Source of the DNA: Lachnospiraceae bacterium
Lineage (GTDB): Bacteria; Bacillota; Clostridia; Lachnospirales; Lachnospiraceae
Length of the DNA: 64,000 bases
Direction: 5' to 3'
Assembly: GCA_022764465.1 (NCBI GenBank)
Contig: JALERL010000060.1
Coordinates: 36,645-100,644 of the forward strand
Shown here: piece by piece, positions 29,404 through 40,145 of the stretch
Numbering within the stretch: position 1 is the first letter of the stretch
How the letters are laid out: the number at the start of each line of letters is the position of its first letter
The notes under the pieces: model-generated
Told to the model about the DNA's origin: nothing
The model's database searches: none
Seen by the model: only the letters and a program-made list of their open reading frames with translations
Program-made: the position numbers and the translations under genes

Positions 29404-30312
29404 TCATTTTTCGGTTGCATGCTTATTCTTAACCATAATCTCCAAAGCCTGATGTCTGGTTCTGATTTCTACCTTTTCGTGGTCTCCGCCAAACTCACCG
29501 TCTAAGGTCCATGGGATCACTTCATCCGGATAGAACTCGACATGATCCGTCTTAAAGGAATAGATCAGGTCGGTATCGTCCTTGCGGCTTGTTAGGCATC
29601 GTATGATCTCGTTTAATTCCAGCGGATTCTTCGGCATCTTGATCAGGGTGACCTCGAAAAGTCCGTCATCTAAGAGTACATTTTTGCCTGCGATATTTTT
29701 AAAGCCGCCTACCGAACAGGAATTCGTGATCATTCCATAGATAAACTCATCCTCTAATACCTGATCTTCATACTCTACACGCATACGGTATGCGCGGATA
29801 TCCTTCAGGCTTTTGGCGCCTTCGAGTATGTATGCCGCATGACCTAAGATATTTTTCAGTTCCTGGTTTGTCTGATAGGAAACGGCGGTAAACAGTCCGA
29901 ATGCCGCCACATAGATAAACGAATCCCCATTAAAATATCCCACGTCACACGGAAACTTTCTTCCACTAACGGCAACCTCGGCAGCCTTTGTCATATGTTT
30001 CGGGATCTTTAAGGAAGATGCGAAGTCATTCGTGCTTCCTGCCGGAATGTAGCCGAGCGGAACCTTTGCCCCGCACTTCATCAGACCGCTGACGGCTTCA
30101 TCTAAAGTACCGTCACCGCCACAACATACAAGCAGATCATAGTTTTCCGCTTCCTGCTCCACCTTGCGCTGTCCGTCTCCCTGCGCCTGTGTCGGATACA
30201 CGGTCACCTCATAATCTGCCTTTACCATAATATCTATGATTTCCATCAGTTTATTCTTAATCTGCCCCTTACCGGAATGCGGATTAAATATAAATAGTAA
30301 TTTCTTTTTCAA
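29404..30312 (-). CDS. YegS/diacylglycerol kinase family lipid kinase
   Basis: NPHSG, GGDGT, PAGSTNDFA and DGE motifs. Confidence 0.9.
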   Translation of the reverse strand: MKKKLLFIFNPHSGKGQIKNKLMEIIDIMVKADYEVTVYPTQAQGDGQRKVEQEAENYDLLVCCGGDGTLDEAVSGLMKCGAKVPLGYIPAGSTNDFASSLKIPKHMTKAAEVAVSGRKFPCDVGYFNGDSFIYVAAFGLFTAVSYQTNQELKNILGHAAYILEGAKSLKDIRAYRMRVEYEDQVLEDEFIYGMITNSCSVGGFKNIAGKNVLLDDGLFEVTLIKMPKNPLELNEIIRCLTSRKDDTDLIYSFKTDHVEFYPDEVIPWTLDGEFGGDHEKVEIRTRHQALEIMVKNKHATEK

Positions 30313-30336
30313 ACTTCCTGTTCCTTTCCCCTGTCT

Positions 30337-30594
30337 TTATGCAAGATGTGTCAGAAACTGCTCCATTGCATCTAAGGCTTCCTTCTCATCTGCTCCATCT
30401 GCTGTAATCAGGATCTTATCCTCATAATTCAATACAACAGACATCATTCCCATAATGCTTTTGGCATTTACCTTTGTCGTTCCTGTTTCCAGATAGATGC
30501 TGCTGTTAAACCGGTTTGCTGTCTGCACCAGAAGTGCTACCGGACTTGCTTCCATTCCTCCCGGAACACGAACCTGAATCTCACGTTTCGTCAT
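30337..30594 (-). CDS. HPr-family protein lacking His15 (Crh-like)
   Basis: VNAKSIMGMM with Ser46; position 15 is Glu (GMEASP). Confidence 0.88.
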   Translation of the reverse strand: MTKREIQVRVPGGMEASPVALLVQTANRFNSSIYLETGTTKVNAKSIMGMMSVVLNYEDKILITADGADEKEALDAMEQFLTHLA

Positions 30595-31525
30595 TTGTCT
30601 CCTCCTTTGATCTACGTAGATCTTCTGCTATTGCACTGATTTTTCGTAATCTGTGATTCACACCGGACTTTCCTACCGGCGGGTCTAAATACTCTCCAAG
30701 TTCTTTTAACGGCGCATCCGGATGCTCTAAGCGGAGACACGCCATCTCATACAAGTTCTCCGGCAGAGATCCGAGTCCCTGCTGTTTTTGTATGTAACGG
30801 ATGTCTTCCATCTGCTTGACTGCGGCATTCACGGTCTTATTGATATTCGCCGTTTCACAATTCACCTTACGGTTGACATCATTGCGCATATCCTTAAGGA
30901 TACGCACATTCTCCAGATCCATTAAGGCGGTATGTGCACCCATGACATTTAAAATATCAACGATCTGTGCACCCTCCTTGATATAGACAATATAATATTT
31001 TTTACGCTGCACTACCTTTGCATCGGAAATAAATTCTCCCATGATCCCACGTAACTGCTCTGCCTGATTTCTTGTGTCGCACACAATCTCAAAATGGTAG
31101 GACTTTTTCGGATCACTCATCGAACCGGACATCAAAAATGCCCCCCGGATAAACGCCCGCTTACAACAGATCTTCTGAACCAGAAGCCCATCGGTCACAT
31201 CCGACGCACCGGATGGTATGCCCTCCACATTAAGCAGCTTCACTGCCTGTAAGACCCGCAGCACATCTTCCTTTTTCTCTAAGATGATCCGGCTGCCTGT
31301 ATGCGTATCAATGCTTGCGGTAATACCAAAGGCATCCTTTAACAGGGTGTAACATTTTTTTACGATCGATACATGTTCCGAGAGGATCTCTAATCTTGCT
31401 CCATCCGGCATAACGGAGATCTTTCCTGCAAAATGGATAAATGCGGCAAGTTCTGCCAACTGGCAGTGTCTGCTGCTGCTGACCTGTCTTGCCAGTTCTT
31501 CTTTCACATCTCCAGAAAATGACAT
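30581..31525 (-). CDS. whiA: DNA-binding protein WhiA
   Basis: VNRKVNCETAN and KSGVNHRLRK motifs. Confidence 0.95.
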   Translation of the reverse strand: MSFSGDVKEELARQVSSSRHCQLAELAAFIHFAGKISVMPDGARLEILSEHVSIVKKCYTLLKDAFGITASIDTHTGSRIILEKKEDVLRVLQAVKLLNVEGIPSGASDVTDGLLVQKICCKRAFIRGAFLMSGSMSDPKKSYHFEIVCDTRNQAEQLRGIMGEFISDAKVVQRKKYYIVYIKEGAQIVDILNVMGAHTALMDLENVRILKDMRNDVNRKVNCETANINKTVNAAVKQMEDIRYIQKQQGLGSLPENLYEMACLRLEHPDAPLKELGEYLDPPVGKSGVNHRLRKISAIAEDLRRSKEETNDET

Positions 31526-31534
31526 GTTCTTCTC

Positions 31535-32407
31535 CTACTTACGCTTTGCATCCTTCTCAATATCACGATGCTCGATCTTTAGTCCGAATTCTTTCCTGCT
31601 GCTTAAACGCTTGTACAATTCATTCGCAAGCGTTACCGACCGGTGCTTTCCACCGGTGCATCCGATACTGATCACAAGCTGGTTTTTTCCTTCCACGATA
31701 TAATTCGGAATCAAGAAGCTGATCATATCTTCTAACTTATCTAAAAATTCATGTGCCTCTTCAAACTGTAACACATAATCCTGTATTTCCTTGTCATTGC
31801 CGTTTTTAAACCGCAGCCCCTCTACATAATATGGGTTCGGTAAAAAACGGACATCAAAAACCAGATCGGAATCTGCCGGGATGCCATACTTAAAGCCAAA
31901 GGAAAGGATCGTAATAAACAGATTCTTAAAGTCCTGATTCTCTACAAAGATCTTACTGATCTCTGCCTTTAACTCTCTGGTCAAAAGCTGGCTGGTATCT
32001 AAGATATAATTGGCACGCTTCTTTAAAAATGCGAGCTTTTCACGTTCCTGCTCAATACCCTTGTCAATCCGTTCTCCACCGGATAACGGATGGTTTCTGC
32101 GTGTCTCCTTGTAGCGCTTCACCAAAACGGAATCTTCCGCATCCAGAAACAGGATCTCGCATGGCTTTCCTGCCGCTTCGAGCCGGTCTAAGATATCATG
32201 AAGTTCATCGAGTGCCTTACCGTTACGGATATCAATTCCGACTGCCACCTTCTGCAATTCGGCATTCGAAGATTCCGAGAGTTCTACGAACTTCTCGATC
32301 AATGGAATCGGGAGATTGTCCACACAATAAAAGCCAATATCCTCCATCATCTTTAATGCGGTACTCTTTCCGGCACCTGACATTCCCGTCAAAATTACAA
32401 ACTTCAT
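31535..32407 (-). CDS. rapZ: RNase adapter RapZ (YvcJ)
   Basis: TGMSGAGKS, SFGFKYG, DVRFLPNP and GCTGGKHRSV motifs. Confidence 0.95.
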   Translation of the reverse strand: MKFVILTGMSGAGKSTALKMMEDIGFYCVDNLPIPLIEKFVELSESSNAELQKVAVGIDIRNGKALDELHDILDRLEAAGKPCEILFLDAEDSVLVKRYKETRRNHPLSGGERIDKGIEQEREKLAFLKKRANYILDTSQLLTRELKAEISKIFVENQDFKNLFITILSFGFKYGIPADSDLVFDVRFLPNPYYVEGLRFKNGNDKEIQDYVLQFEEAHEFLDKLEDMISFLIPNYIVEGKNQLVISIGCTGGKHRSVTLANELYKRLSSRKEFGLKIEHRDIEKDAKRK

Positions 32408-33315
32408 TCAAAATCACCCAGCTTTCTTACTTCCGGTTCTAAGGTTACTCCAAACTGCTTCTTCACTTCATCCTGTACATGCTGCATCAATGCTGAGATG
32501 TCTGCCTGTGTCGCCCCACCCTTGTTTACGACAAAGCCGCAATGCTTCTCAGAGACCTGTGCGCCTCCGACGGAATAACCGCGTAAGCCGGCATCCATAA
32601 TCAGCTTTCCTGCAAAATATCCTTCCGGACGCTTAAAGGTACTTCCTGCGCTCGGATATTCTAACGGCTGCTTCTCCTTACGCTGCACAGCTAACTCCTG
32701 CATCCGCAACCGGATCTGCTCTGCATCGCCCTTTTCTAACTGCATGACAGCGGACAATACAATGTATGGATGTTCCATAATACAACTGTGGCGGTAGGAG
32801 AAATCCATCTCTTCTGCGGACAGTGTCCGTCTGTTTCCTTCTTCGTCTAAGATGTCCACAGACTCTATGATCTGTGCCATCTCTCCACCATAAGCACCTG
32901 CATTCATCACAACCGCACCTCCGACAGATCCCGGTATCCCGGATGTGAATTCCATTCCGGTTAATCCTTCCCCTGCCGCGAGAGATGCTGTCTTTGCAAG
33001 CATTGCACCCGCCTCAGCATAGATCCTGCATCCATCTATGCTGATATTCGATGCAGGTCTGGATAATTCGATCACAACACCACGGATACCCTTATCAGAA
33101 ACCAGCAGATTACTTCCGTTTCCAATGACCGTATATGGAATTCCTTCCTTCCTGCAACAGGCAATCACCTCTGCCACCTGCGCCACCTCCGGCTGGATCA
33201 GCAGATCTGCCGGTCCGCCGACACGAAAGGTAATATGATCACGCATTGGTTCATTTTCAAAAATCTGTTCCGGTCTTACAAGTTTTTTCAGTGTATCGAT
33301 ATTATATGCTGTCAC
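32404..33315 (-). CDS. murB: UDP-N-acetylmuramate dehydrogenase
   Basis: GNGSNLL, MNAGAYG, QPLEYPSAGSTFKRP and LEPEV motifs. Confidence 0.95.
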   Translation of the reverse strand: MTAYNIDTLKKLVRPEQIFENEPMRDHITFRVGGPADLLIQPEVAQVAEVIACCRKEGIPYTVIGNGSNLLVSDKGIRGVVIELSRPASNISIDGCRIYAEAGAMLAKTASLAAGEGLTGMEFTSGIPGSVGGAVVMNAGAYGGEMAQIIESVDILDEEGNRRTLSAEEMDFSYRHSCIMEHPYIVLSAVMQLEKGDAEQIRLRMQELAVQRKEKQPLEYPSAGSTFKRPEGYFAGKLIMDAGLRGYSVGGAQVSEKHCGFVVNKGGATQADISALMQHVQDEVKKQFGVTLEPEVRKLGDFE

Positions 33316-33342
33316 GAATCTTCCTCTATTCTTCTATAATCT

Positions 33343-34734
33343 TTATGCTTCCTTTAAGAATGCAAGATATCCCTTATATGCCTCGTAGATATCTGCCTTA
33401 CTGATGATCTCCCATGGTGCATGCATATTTAAAACTGCAACACCACTGTCGATCACTTCCATGCCATAATTTGCAAGGATGTAGGCGATCGTTCCGCCGC
33501 CTCCCTGATCGACTTTTCCAAGCTCTGAAGTCTGGAAAAATACATGGTTCTTATCCATAATGTCGCGGAGTCTGCCAACGTATTCTGCATTGGCATCGTT
33601 TGAACCGGACTTTCCTCTCGATCCGGTGTACTTATTGAATACCATTCCTTTTCCAAAATATGCGGCATTCTTCTTTTCCATCACTGCCGGGTAATTCGGA
33701 TCAAAAGCTGCACTGACATCGGAGGATAATACCTTGGAATTACCAAGTGCACGGCGCAATGCAAGTTCACTATACTGTCCTGCTGCTTCCATGACCTCTG
33801 CGGTCATATTCTCAAAGAAGCGGGAATGCATTCCGGTTGCACCGACACTTCCGATCTCTTCCTTATCCACCAACAGGCAGACACTGGTCTGACGCGGACG
33901 GTCTGTCTTAAGGATCGCTTCAAAGGATGGGTAAGCACAGACACGGTCATCATGTCCATATCCCATGATCATGCTGCGGTCAAAACCGTAATCTCTTGCC
34001 ATTCCTGCCGGAACCACTTCAATCTCTGCGGAAAGGAAATCTTCTTCTTCGATCTGATACTGCTTTGCAAGGATCTCTAAGATATTCGCCTTTACACGTT
34101 CCTTGACATCTTCCCCATCCTTTTTCTCTGCCGGGATGCTTCCGATCAGCACATCGAGGTTCTCTCCTTCGATGACCTTATTGCCCTTTTTCTCTAACTG
34201 ATCCGCTGCAAGATGGATCAGAAGATCACTGACACCAAAGACCGGATCTTCCGGCTTATCACCGATGTTCACCTTCACAAGGGTACCATCCTTTTTTGCG
34301 ATCACGCCATGCAGTGCCAGCGGAAGTGTTACCCACTGGTACTTCTTTACGCCACCGTAATAATGGGTATCTAACATCGCCAGTCCGGTGTCCTCATACA
34401 TCGGATTCTGCTTGAGATCAAGACGTGGGGAATCAATATGTGCTCCTAAGATATTCATACCGGTTTCCATCGGTTCTTCTCCGATCACATAAAGTGCCAT
34501 TGCCTTGCCTCTGTTTACTGCAAAGACCTTATCACCAGCCTGAAGCTTTCTGCCGCTTCCGATCACTTCCTTCATATCTGTAAAGCCGGCATCTAGGGCA
34601 AGCCCGGTAAAACGTTCTACACACTCCCGCTCTGTCTTACAGTCCGAAATAAACTTCCGGTAGTCTTCTGCAAAATCAAATACGGACTTTTTCTCATCCT
34701 CTGTATACTTTTCCCATGCCAGATCTCTTTCCAT
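33343..34734 (-). CDS. M18-family aminopeptidase
   Basis: GAHIDSPRLD, GHDDR, DKEEIGS and MHAPWE motifs. Confidence 0.92.
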   Translation of the reverse strand: MERDLAWEKYTEDEKKSVFDFAEDYRKFISDCKTERECVERFTGLALDAGFTDMKEVIGSGRKLQAGDKVFAVNRGKAMALYVIGEEPMETGMNILGAHIDSPRLDLKQNPMYEDTGLAMLDTHYYGGVKKYQWVTLPLALHGVIAKKDGTLVKVNIGDKPEDPVFGVSDLLIHLAADQLEKKGNKVIEGENLDVLIGSIPAEKKDGEDVKERVKANILEILAKQYQIEEEDFLSAEIEVVPAGMARDYGFDRSMIMGYGHDDRVCAYPSFEAILKTDRPRQTSVCLLVDKEEIGSVGATGMHSRFFENMTAEVMEAAGQYSELALRRALGNSKVLSSDVSAAFDPNYPAVMEKKNAAYFGKGMVFNKYTGSRGKSGSNDANAEYVGRLRDIMDKNHVFFQTSELGKVDQGGGGTIAYILANYGMEVIDSGVAVLNMHAPWEIISKADIYEAYKGYLAFLKEA

Positions 34735-34786
34735 TTTTCCAACCTCTTTTTATTTCTATTTTGCCATTTTAAATTTTATAAAAAGC

Positions 34787-35728
34787 TTACTCTGCGTCCT
34801 CGTCATCCTTCTTGTTCAGGTTCGCCTGTACACGACGGTATAACTCCTGTGCTGCATTGTAACCCATCTTTTTCTGTCTGTGGTTAACGGCTGCCGCCTC
34901 ACAGATGACTGCCAGGTTACGTCCCGGACGGATCGGAAGGGAATGACATACGACCTTGTTGCCAAGGAACTCGGTATATTCTTCCTCGAGTCCGAGTCTG
35001 TCATACTCGTTCTCTTTCTTCCAGTCCTCTAACTTGATGACCAGATCGATCGTCTGCTTCTCTTTTACACTCTCTACACCAAACAGTGTCTTCACATCTA
35101 TAATTCCAATACCACGAAGTTCGATGAAATATCTGGTAATATCCGGTGAAGTTCCGACCAGTGTATGCTCATTGATCTTGCGGATCTCTACCACATCATC
35201 GGTAACCAGACGGTGTCCACGCTTAATCAGCTCCAGCGCTGCCTCACTCTTACCGATTCCGCTCTCGCCCATGATCAGAAGTCCTTCACCATAGACATCG
35301 ACTAAAACACCATGGATCGTGATACATGGTGCAAGCTCTTCGCTTAAGACATAGATCAGCTCTGCCATAAATTCCGATGTGCTGCGTCCGGTTCCAAGTA
35401 CCGGAACGTTCTTCTCCGTTGCGATCCGGATAAAAATATCATCCGGCTTCAGATCACGACAGAAGATGACACATGGAATATCATAGTCAAGAAACTGTGT
35501 ATAGATATCGATCTTCCGGTCTTCTTCGAGATGCTCTAAGTATGTGTACTCAACCGTACCGATGATCTGTACTCTCGACTGCTCGAAATGTTCAAAATAT
35601 CCGCTTAACTGTAATGCCGGACGGTTAACGTCAGAAAGACGGATCCGACGCTTCTTGATGTCCATTCCTTCTGTATACAAATTTAACTGTAACTTCTTTG
35701 CTATCTTCGCTACACTTACACCTTCCAT
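34787..35728 (-). CDS. hprK: HPr kinase/phosphorylase
   Basis: GESGIGKSE, RGHRLVTDD, ELRGIGII and RPGRN; start moved to ATG 35728 (GAGG RBS). Confidence 0.95.
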   Translation of the reverse strand: MEGVSVAKIAKKLQLNLYTEGMDIKKRRIRLSDVNRPALQLSGYFEHFEQSRVQIIGTVEYTYLEHLEEDRKIDIYTQFLDYDIPCVIFCRDLKPDDIFIRIATEKNVPVLGTGRSTSEFMAELIYVLSEELAPCITIHGVLVDVYGEGLLIMGESGIGKSEAALELIKRGHRLVTDDVVEIRKINEHTLVGTSPDITRYFIELRGIGIIDVKTLFGVESVKEKQTIDLVIKLEDWKKENEYDRLGLEEEYTEFLGNKVVCHSLPIRPGRNLAVICEAAAVNHRQKKMGYNAAQELYRRVQANLNKKDDEDAE

Positions 35729-35863
35729 AAAAGCCCTCATTTCTGCGCACACGCTTGTACATAGCGGATCGTGTCCTGTGCGCCTGACACATTTTCCCAT
35801 CGCCATGTCTTTCTCTCAACCTGCTAAGTATGCAACATGCATTCTGTTTTCAGTTTAGCATAT

Positions 35864-37741
35864 TTAGGAATGCTCTTCAACATTCGCATGGAAAAATTTG
35901 TATACCTCAGCTGCTGCCTGTTCGTTCATCGCATCCGTCTCAGCAAGCTCTTCTACCGATGCATTCCGGATTGCTTCAAGCGACTGGAACTTCCGCATCA
36001 GTGCCTTTCTTCTGGCAGGTCCGATTCCATTGATATCATCGAGTACCGAATGTACCTGACTCTTGCTTCTGAGTGAGCGGTGGAACTCGATCGCGAAGCG
36101 GTGCGCCTCATCCTGTATCCTGGTGATCAGCTTAAAGCCCTCACTTCTCGTATCGATCGGTATCTCTACATTATGATAGTATAACCCTCTTGTCCTGTGA
36201 TTATCATCCTTTACCATTCCGCACACCGGAATATTCAGATGCAGTTCCTCTAATACCTGTAAGGCAATATTGACCTGTCCGCGTCCACCATCCATCATGA
36301 TCAGATCCGGGAACTTGGTAAAGCTTCCGTAGGATGCATCCATCTGCTTTTCCTCTAATTCCTTCTGTTCTTCTAAGCCATGGGTAAATCTTCTGGTCAG
36401 CACCTCATGCATGGATGCATAATCATCCGGTCCGGTAATTGTACGAAGCTTGAACTTGCGGTAGTCGCTCCGCTGTGGCTTTCCCTTCTCATATACGATC
36501 ATTGAACCAACCGTTTCAAATCCGTTGATATTGGAAATATCGTATGCTTCGACACGGTTGAGATGCTCCATGTCCAGCCAGTCCGCGATTTCTTTTAATG
36601 CACCGATCGTTCTGCCTTCTTCACGCTTTAGCTTCTCTCTGTCCTGACTGAGGACCAGCTTCGCATTCTTCTCTGCCAGCTCGACTAACTTCTCTTTCAT
36701 GCCCTTTTGCGGCACTCGCAAAGTAACCTTCTGCCCACGCTTTTTACTCAGCCACTCACTGATAATATCCATTTCATCGATCTCGGACTGGAGCATGATC
36801 TCTTTTGGCAGATATGGAGTACCTGCATAAAACTGCTTCACAAAGGTTGTAAGTACCTGTCTTTTCGTATCTTCATTTGCAATCGTTACATAGAAATGTT
36901 CCCGTCCGATCAGCTTGCCGCCACGAATAAAAAAGACCTGAACGACCGCATCCCGGTCATCTGACGCCATGGCAATAATATCCTTGTCTTCCCCATCAAA
37001 CTGGGTGATCTTCTGCTTCTGCACGATCTGCGTTACACTGTTTAAAAGCTCCCGGTATTCGATTGCCTTTTCAAAATCCATTGCCTCCGAAGCCTGCATC
37101 ATCTTCTGTTCTAAACTTTTTAAGATCGGTGCATAATTACCATTTAAAAATTCCAGTGCTTCGTCGATATTCTTCCGGTAATCTTCTTTGCTGATATACC
37201 CCTGACACGGACCATAGCACTGTTTGATATGATAATTCAGGCACGGGCGTTCCTTTCCGGTATCCCTTGGCAGGGTGCGGTTACAGGTACGGATATGGTA
37301 GAGCTTCTGGATCAGTTCGATCGTATCCTTGACTGCACCTGCGCTTGTATAAGGGCCGAAATAACGCGATTTGTCCTTTTTCATCTGACGACAAAAGAGG
37401 ACTCTGGGATAATCTTCTCCCAGAGTCACCTTAATATACGGGTAGGTCTTATCATCCCGCAGCATTGTATTATATTTTGGGCGATGCTCCTTGATCAGAT
37501 TACATTCTAACACCAGTGCCTCTAACTCGGAATCTGTAATGATATACTCGAATCTGGCAATCTTTTTTACCATCTGATCCTTTTTGATTCCCTCGTTATG
37601 ACTGGCACGGAAATACTGACGTACCCGGTTTCTTAAACTGACCGCTTTTCCGACATAGATGATCGCATCGGATGCATCATGCATAATATAAACTCCCGGC
37701 TGATCCGGGAGTTTTTTCAGTTCTTCTGGAATGTTAAACAT
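35864..37741 (-). CDS. uvrC: Excinuclease ABC subunit C
   Basis: GIY-YIG (PGVY..YVGKA), [21 protein letters not shown] and HhH motifs. Confidence 0.96.
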   Translation of the reverse strand: MFNIPEELKKLPDQPGVYIMHDASDAIIYVGKAVSLRNRVRQYFRASHNEGIKKDQMVKKIARFEYIITDSELEALVLECNLIKEHRPKYNTMLRDDKTYPYIKVTLGEDYPRVLFCRQMKKDKSRYFGPYTSAGAVKDTIELIQKLYHIRTCNRTLPRDTGKERPCLNYHIKQCYGPCQGYISKEDYRKNIDEALEFLNGNYAPILKSLEQKMMQASEAMDFEKAIEYRELLNSVTQIVQKQKITQFDGEDKDIIAMASDDRDAVVQVFFIRGGKLIGREHFYVTIANEDTKRQVLTTFVKQFYAGTPYLPKEIMLQSEIDEMDIISEWLSKKRGQKVTLRVPQKGMKEKLVELAEKNAKLVLSQDREKLKREEGRTIGALKEIADWLDMEHLNRVEAYDISNINGFETVGSMIVYEKGKPQRSDYRKFKLRTITGPDDYASMHEVLTRRFTHGLEEQKELEEKQMDASYGSFTKFPDLIMMDGGRGQVNIALQVLEELHLNIPVCGMVKDDNHRTRGLYYHNVEIPIDTRSEGFKLITRIQDEAHRFAIEFHRSLRSKSQVHSVLDDINGIGPARRKALMRKFQSLEAIRNASVEELAETDAMNEQAAAEVYKFFHANVEEHS

Positions 37742-37771
37742 AGCTTCACCATTCGTTGTCCTGTTTTTATT

Positions 37772-39856
37772 CTATTCTTCTGTTGCAGAGGATTCTGCCT
37801 GCTGATCTGCAGGGTCAGCTTCTGTCACAACCGCTTCCTCTGTACTGGTCTTTTCTGCAGTGATCTCCTGCGCATCCGTATCATCCGTTACACCGGCATC
37901 CAGATCTGTATCGGAGTGATTCTCCGATGCCTCCGTAGATTCATCCGCAGATTCTGTTTTATCTTCTTCGATTCCGGTCAGTTCACGGAACAGCTTCATA
38001 AATTCCTTACCGGTAATCGTCTCATGTTCGAACAGATACTCGGAGATCTTGTCTAATGCTTCGCGGTATTCGCTTAACAGTCTGGTTGCCTCATCATAAC
38101 AATCCTTTAACATTGTCATGACTTCCTTATCGATCTCTGCAGCGGTTTCGTCACCACAGTTAAGAGACGCACGACCTTCGAGATACTGGTTGTCTACCGT
38201 TGCAAGACTCATCAGTCCAAAGTGATCTGACATACCGTACTGGGTAATCATTGCTCTTGCAATGTTCGTTGCACATTCAATATCATTGGCTGCACCGCTT
38301 GTCGCAGAATGGAATACCAGTTCCTCTGCCGCACGGCCTGCCATATAGGTCGTGATCTTGGCGATCAGTTCATCTTTCGTCTGTAAGAACTTCTCTTCCT
38401 CCGGTGTCTGGAGTGTGTAGCCAAGTGCTCCCATTGTACGCGGCACGATCGTGATCTTCTGTACCGGCTCGGTATTCTTCTGTAATGCCGTTACCATGGC
38501 ATGTCCGACCTCATGGTAAGAAACAATCTTACGTTCCTTCTTGCTCATGGCACGATCCTTCTTCTCCTTACCGCCGACTGCAACGATCTCAAATGCTTCA
38601 AACAGATCTGCCTGGTTCACATACTGTCTGCCGCTTTTAACTGCGTTGATCGCTGCCTCGTTGATCATGTTCGCAAGATCAGAACCTACCAGACCTGCAC
38701 TGGCAAGTGCAAGTGCATCGAGATCTACGGATTCATCCATATGCACATCCTTCGAATGTACCTTCAGTGTCTCAAGTCTTCCTTTCAGATCCGGCTTGTC
38801 TACGATAATCCGGCGGTCAAAACGTCCCGGACGGAGCAATGCCTTATCCAGCACCTCCGGGCGGTTGGTTGCTGCAAGGATCAGAAGACCCTTTGAAGTA
38901 TCAAATCCATCCATCTCTGCAAGCAGCTGGTTTAATGTCTGCTCACGCTCATCATTGCCGCCATATCTTGTATCACGGCTCTTACCGATCGCATCGATCT
39001 CATCAATAAAGATAATACATGGTGCCTGCTTCTGCGCTTCCTTAAACAGGTCACGCACTCTGGATGCTCCGACACCGACAAACATCTCCACAAAATCGGA
39101 ACCTGCCAGTGAAAAGAACGGAACCTTTGCTTCTCCTGCAACTGCCTTCGCCAGCAGTGTCTTACCGGTTCCCGGAGGTCCGACTAACAGTGCACCCTTC
39201 GGCAGCTTCGCGCCGATCTCACGGTATTTCTTCGGATTGTGTAAAAAGTCTACCACTTCCTGTAAAGATTCCTTTGCTTCGTCCTGTCCGGCAACATCCT
39301 TAAAGGTAACACCTGTTTCCTTTTCTACATAGACCTTGGCATTGCTCTTGCCGACGCCCATCATTCCGCCGCCACTTCCCATCTTGCGCATGACCAGTCC
39401 GAAGATCAGCCACAGCAGTGCCAACGGTAATAAAATGCTTAATACATTATAGATGATCGCCGAGGTTCCGCTTGGGATCTCTGATTCGATCTTCACATTG
39501 TGCTTCTTTAATAATGGAAGCAGGTCTTCATCGGTATTCATCTTACCTGTGTAATAAGTAACATGGATCAGATCCTTGTTGTCATACTTCGGTGTGATGT
39601 TATACTGGTTCGCCGCGAATTCCACACTGTCGACCTTATCTTCTTCTACCATAGAAAGGAATTCCGTATAAGTGATCTTCTGTGTTGTCATCTCTGTGCT
39701 CCACTTATTCAGCAGACTCATGACAAACAAAGCGATCAGTGTGATAAAAAGAAACATCAGTATCATCTGACCGTTCTTACCGTTTTTCTTATTATTATCA
39801 TTATTCGGATTATTATTGTTATTTCCGTTCATATTATTATTGTATCCGTTATCCAT
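37772..39856 (-). CDS. ftsH: ATP-dependent zinc metalloprotease FtsH
   Basis: Two TM helices, [20 protein letters not shown] and HEVGH. Confidence 0.95.
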   Translation of the reverse strand: MDNGYNNNMNGNNNNNPNNDNNKKNGKNGQMILMFLFITLIALFVMSLLNKWSTEMTTQKITYTEFLSMVEEDKVDSVEFAANQYNITPKYDNKDLIHVTYYTGKMNTDEDLLPLLKKHNVKIESEIPSGTSAIIYNVLSILLPLALLWLIFGLVMRKMGSGGGMMGVGKSNAKVYVEKETGVTFKDVAGQDEAKESLQEVVDFLHNPKKYREIGAKLPKGALLVGPPGTGKTLLAKAVAGEAKVPFFSLAGSDFVEMFVGVGASRVRDLFKEAQKQAPCIIFIDEIDAIGKSRDTRYGGNDEREQTLNQLLAEMDGFDTSKGLLILAATNRPEVLDKALLRPGRFDRRIIVDKPDLKGRLETLKVHSKDVHMDESVDLDALALASAGLVGSDLANMINEAAINAVKSGRQYVNQADLFEAFEIVAVGGKEKKDRAMSKKERKIVSYHEVGHAMVTALQKNTEPVQKITIVPRTMGALGYTLQTPEEEKFLQTKDELIAKITTYMAGRAAEELVFHSATSGAANDIECATNIARAMITQYGMSDHFGLMSLATVDNQYLEGRASLNCGDETAAEIDKEVMTMLKDCYDEATRLLSEYREALDKISEYLFEHETITGKEFMKLFRELTGIEEDKTESADESTEASENHSDTDLDAGVTDDTDAQEITAEKTSTEEAVVTEADPADQQAESSATEE

Positions 39857-40010
39857 AGTTCCTCCACGATTTTCACTTTACAACTTATGTTCCATTATAT
39901 TGAATTCAAAACGATAAATCAATACGAACTCTATGAACTTTTCCTTTAAATTTATAAACTTTCTCTAAAGACAGTTTTATTTTTTCCACAAACTTATACA
40001 AAAAAACATG

Positions 40011-40098
40011 TGGATTTATTCCATAAGACGTTGTATAATGGATTTTGATTGAAAAAATTCAGGAAAGACCGACGGTGGTACTGTCGGTTTTCTCAATT
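40011..40098 (+). promoter_or_regulatory. pyrG promoter and leader hairpin (possible attenuator)
   Basis: TGGATT-N17-TATAAT (40034-40039); stem GACCGACGG / CTGTCGGTT followed by TTCTC. Confidence 0.55.
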
Positions 40099-40145
40099 TA
40101 ACACATAAACTTTATCAAATCACACACATTTAAGGAGGTTTCAAA

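Noticed and set aside
38541-39332. 263-aa antisense ORF within ftsH, and similar shadow ORFs over MCP, MATE, glnN and amt
   Set aside because: Ser/Ile/Ala-rich antisense frames are expected from codon bias of the real genes
39790-39845. AAT-rich low-complexity repeat at the start of ftsH
   Set aside because: Encodes an in-frame Asn-rich tail, common in Lachnospiraceae proteins; not a phase-variation tract
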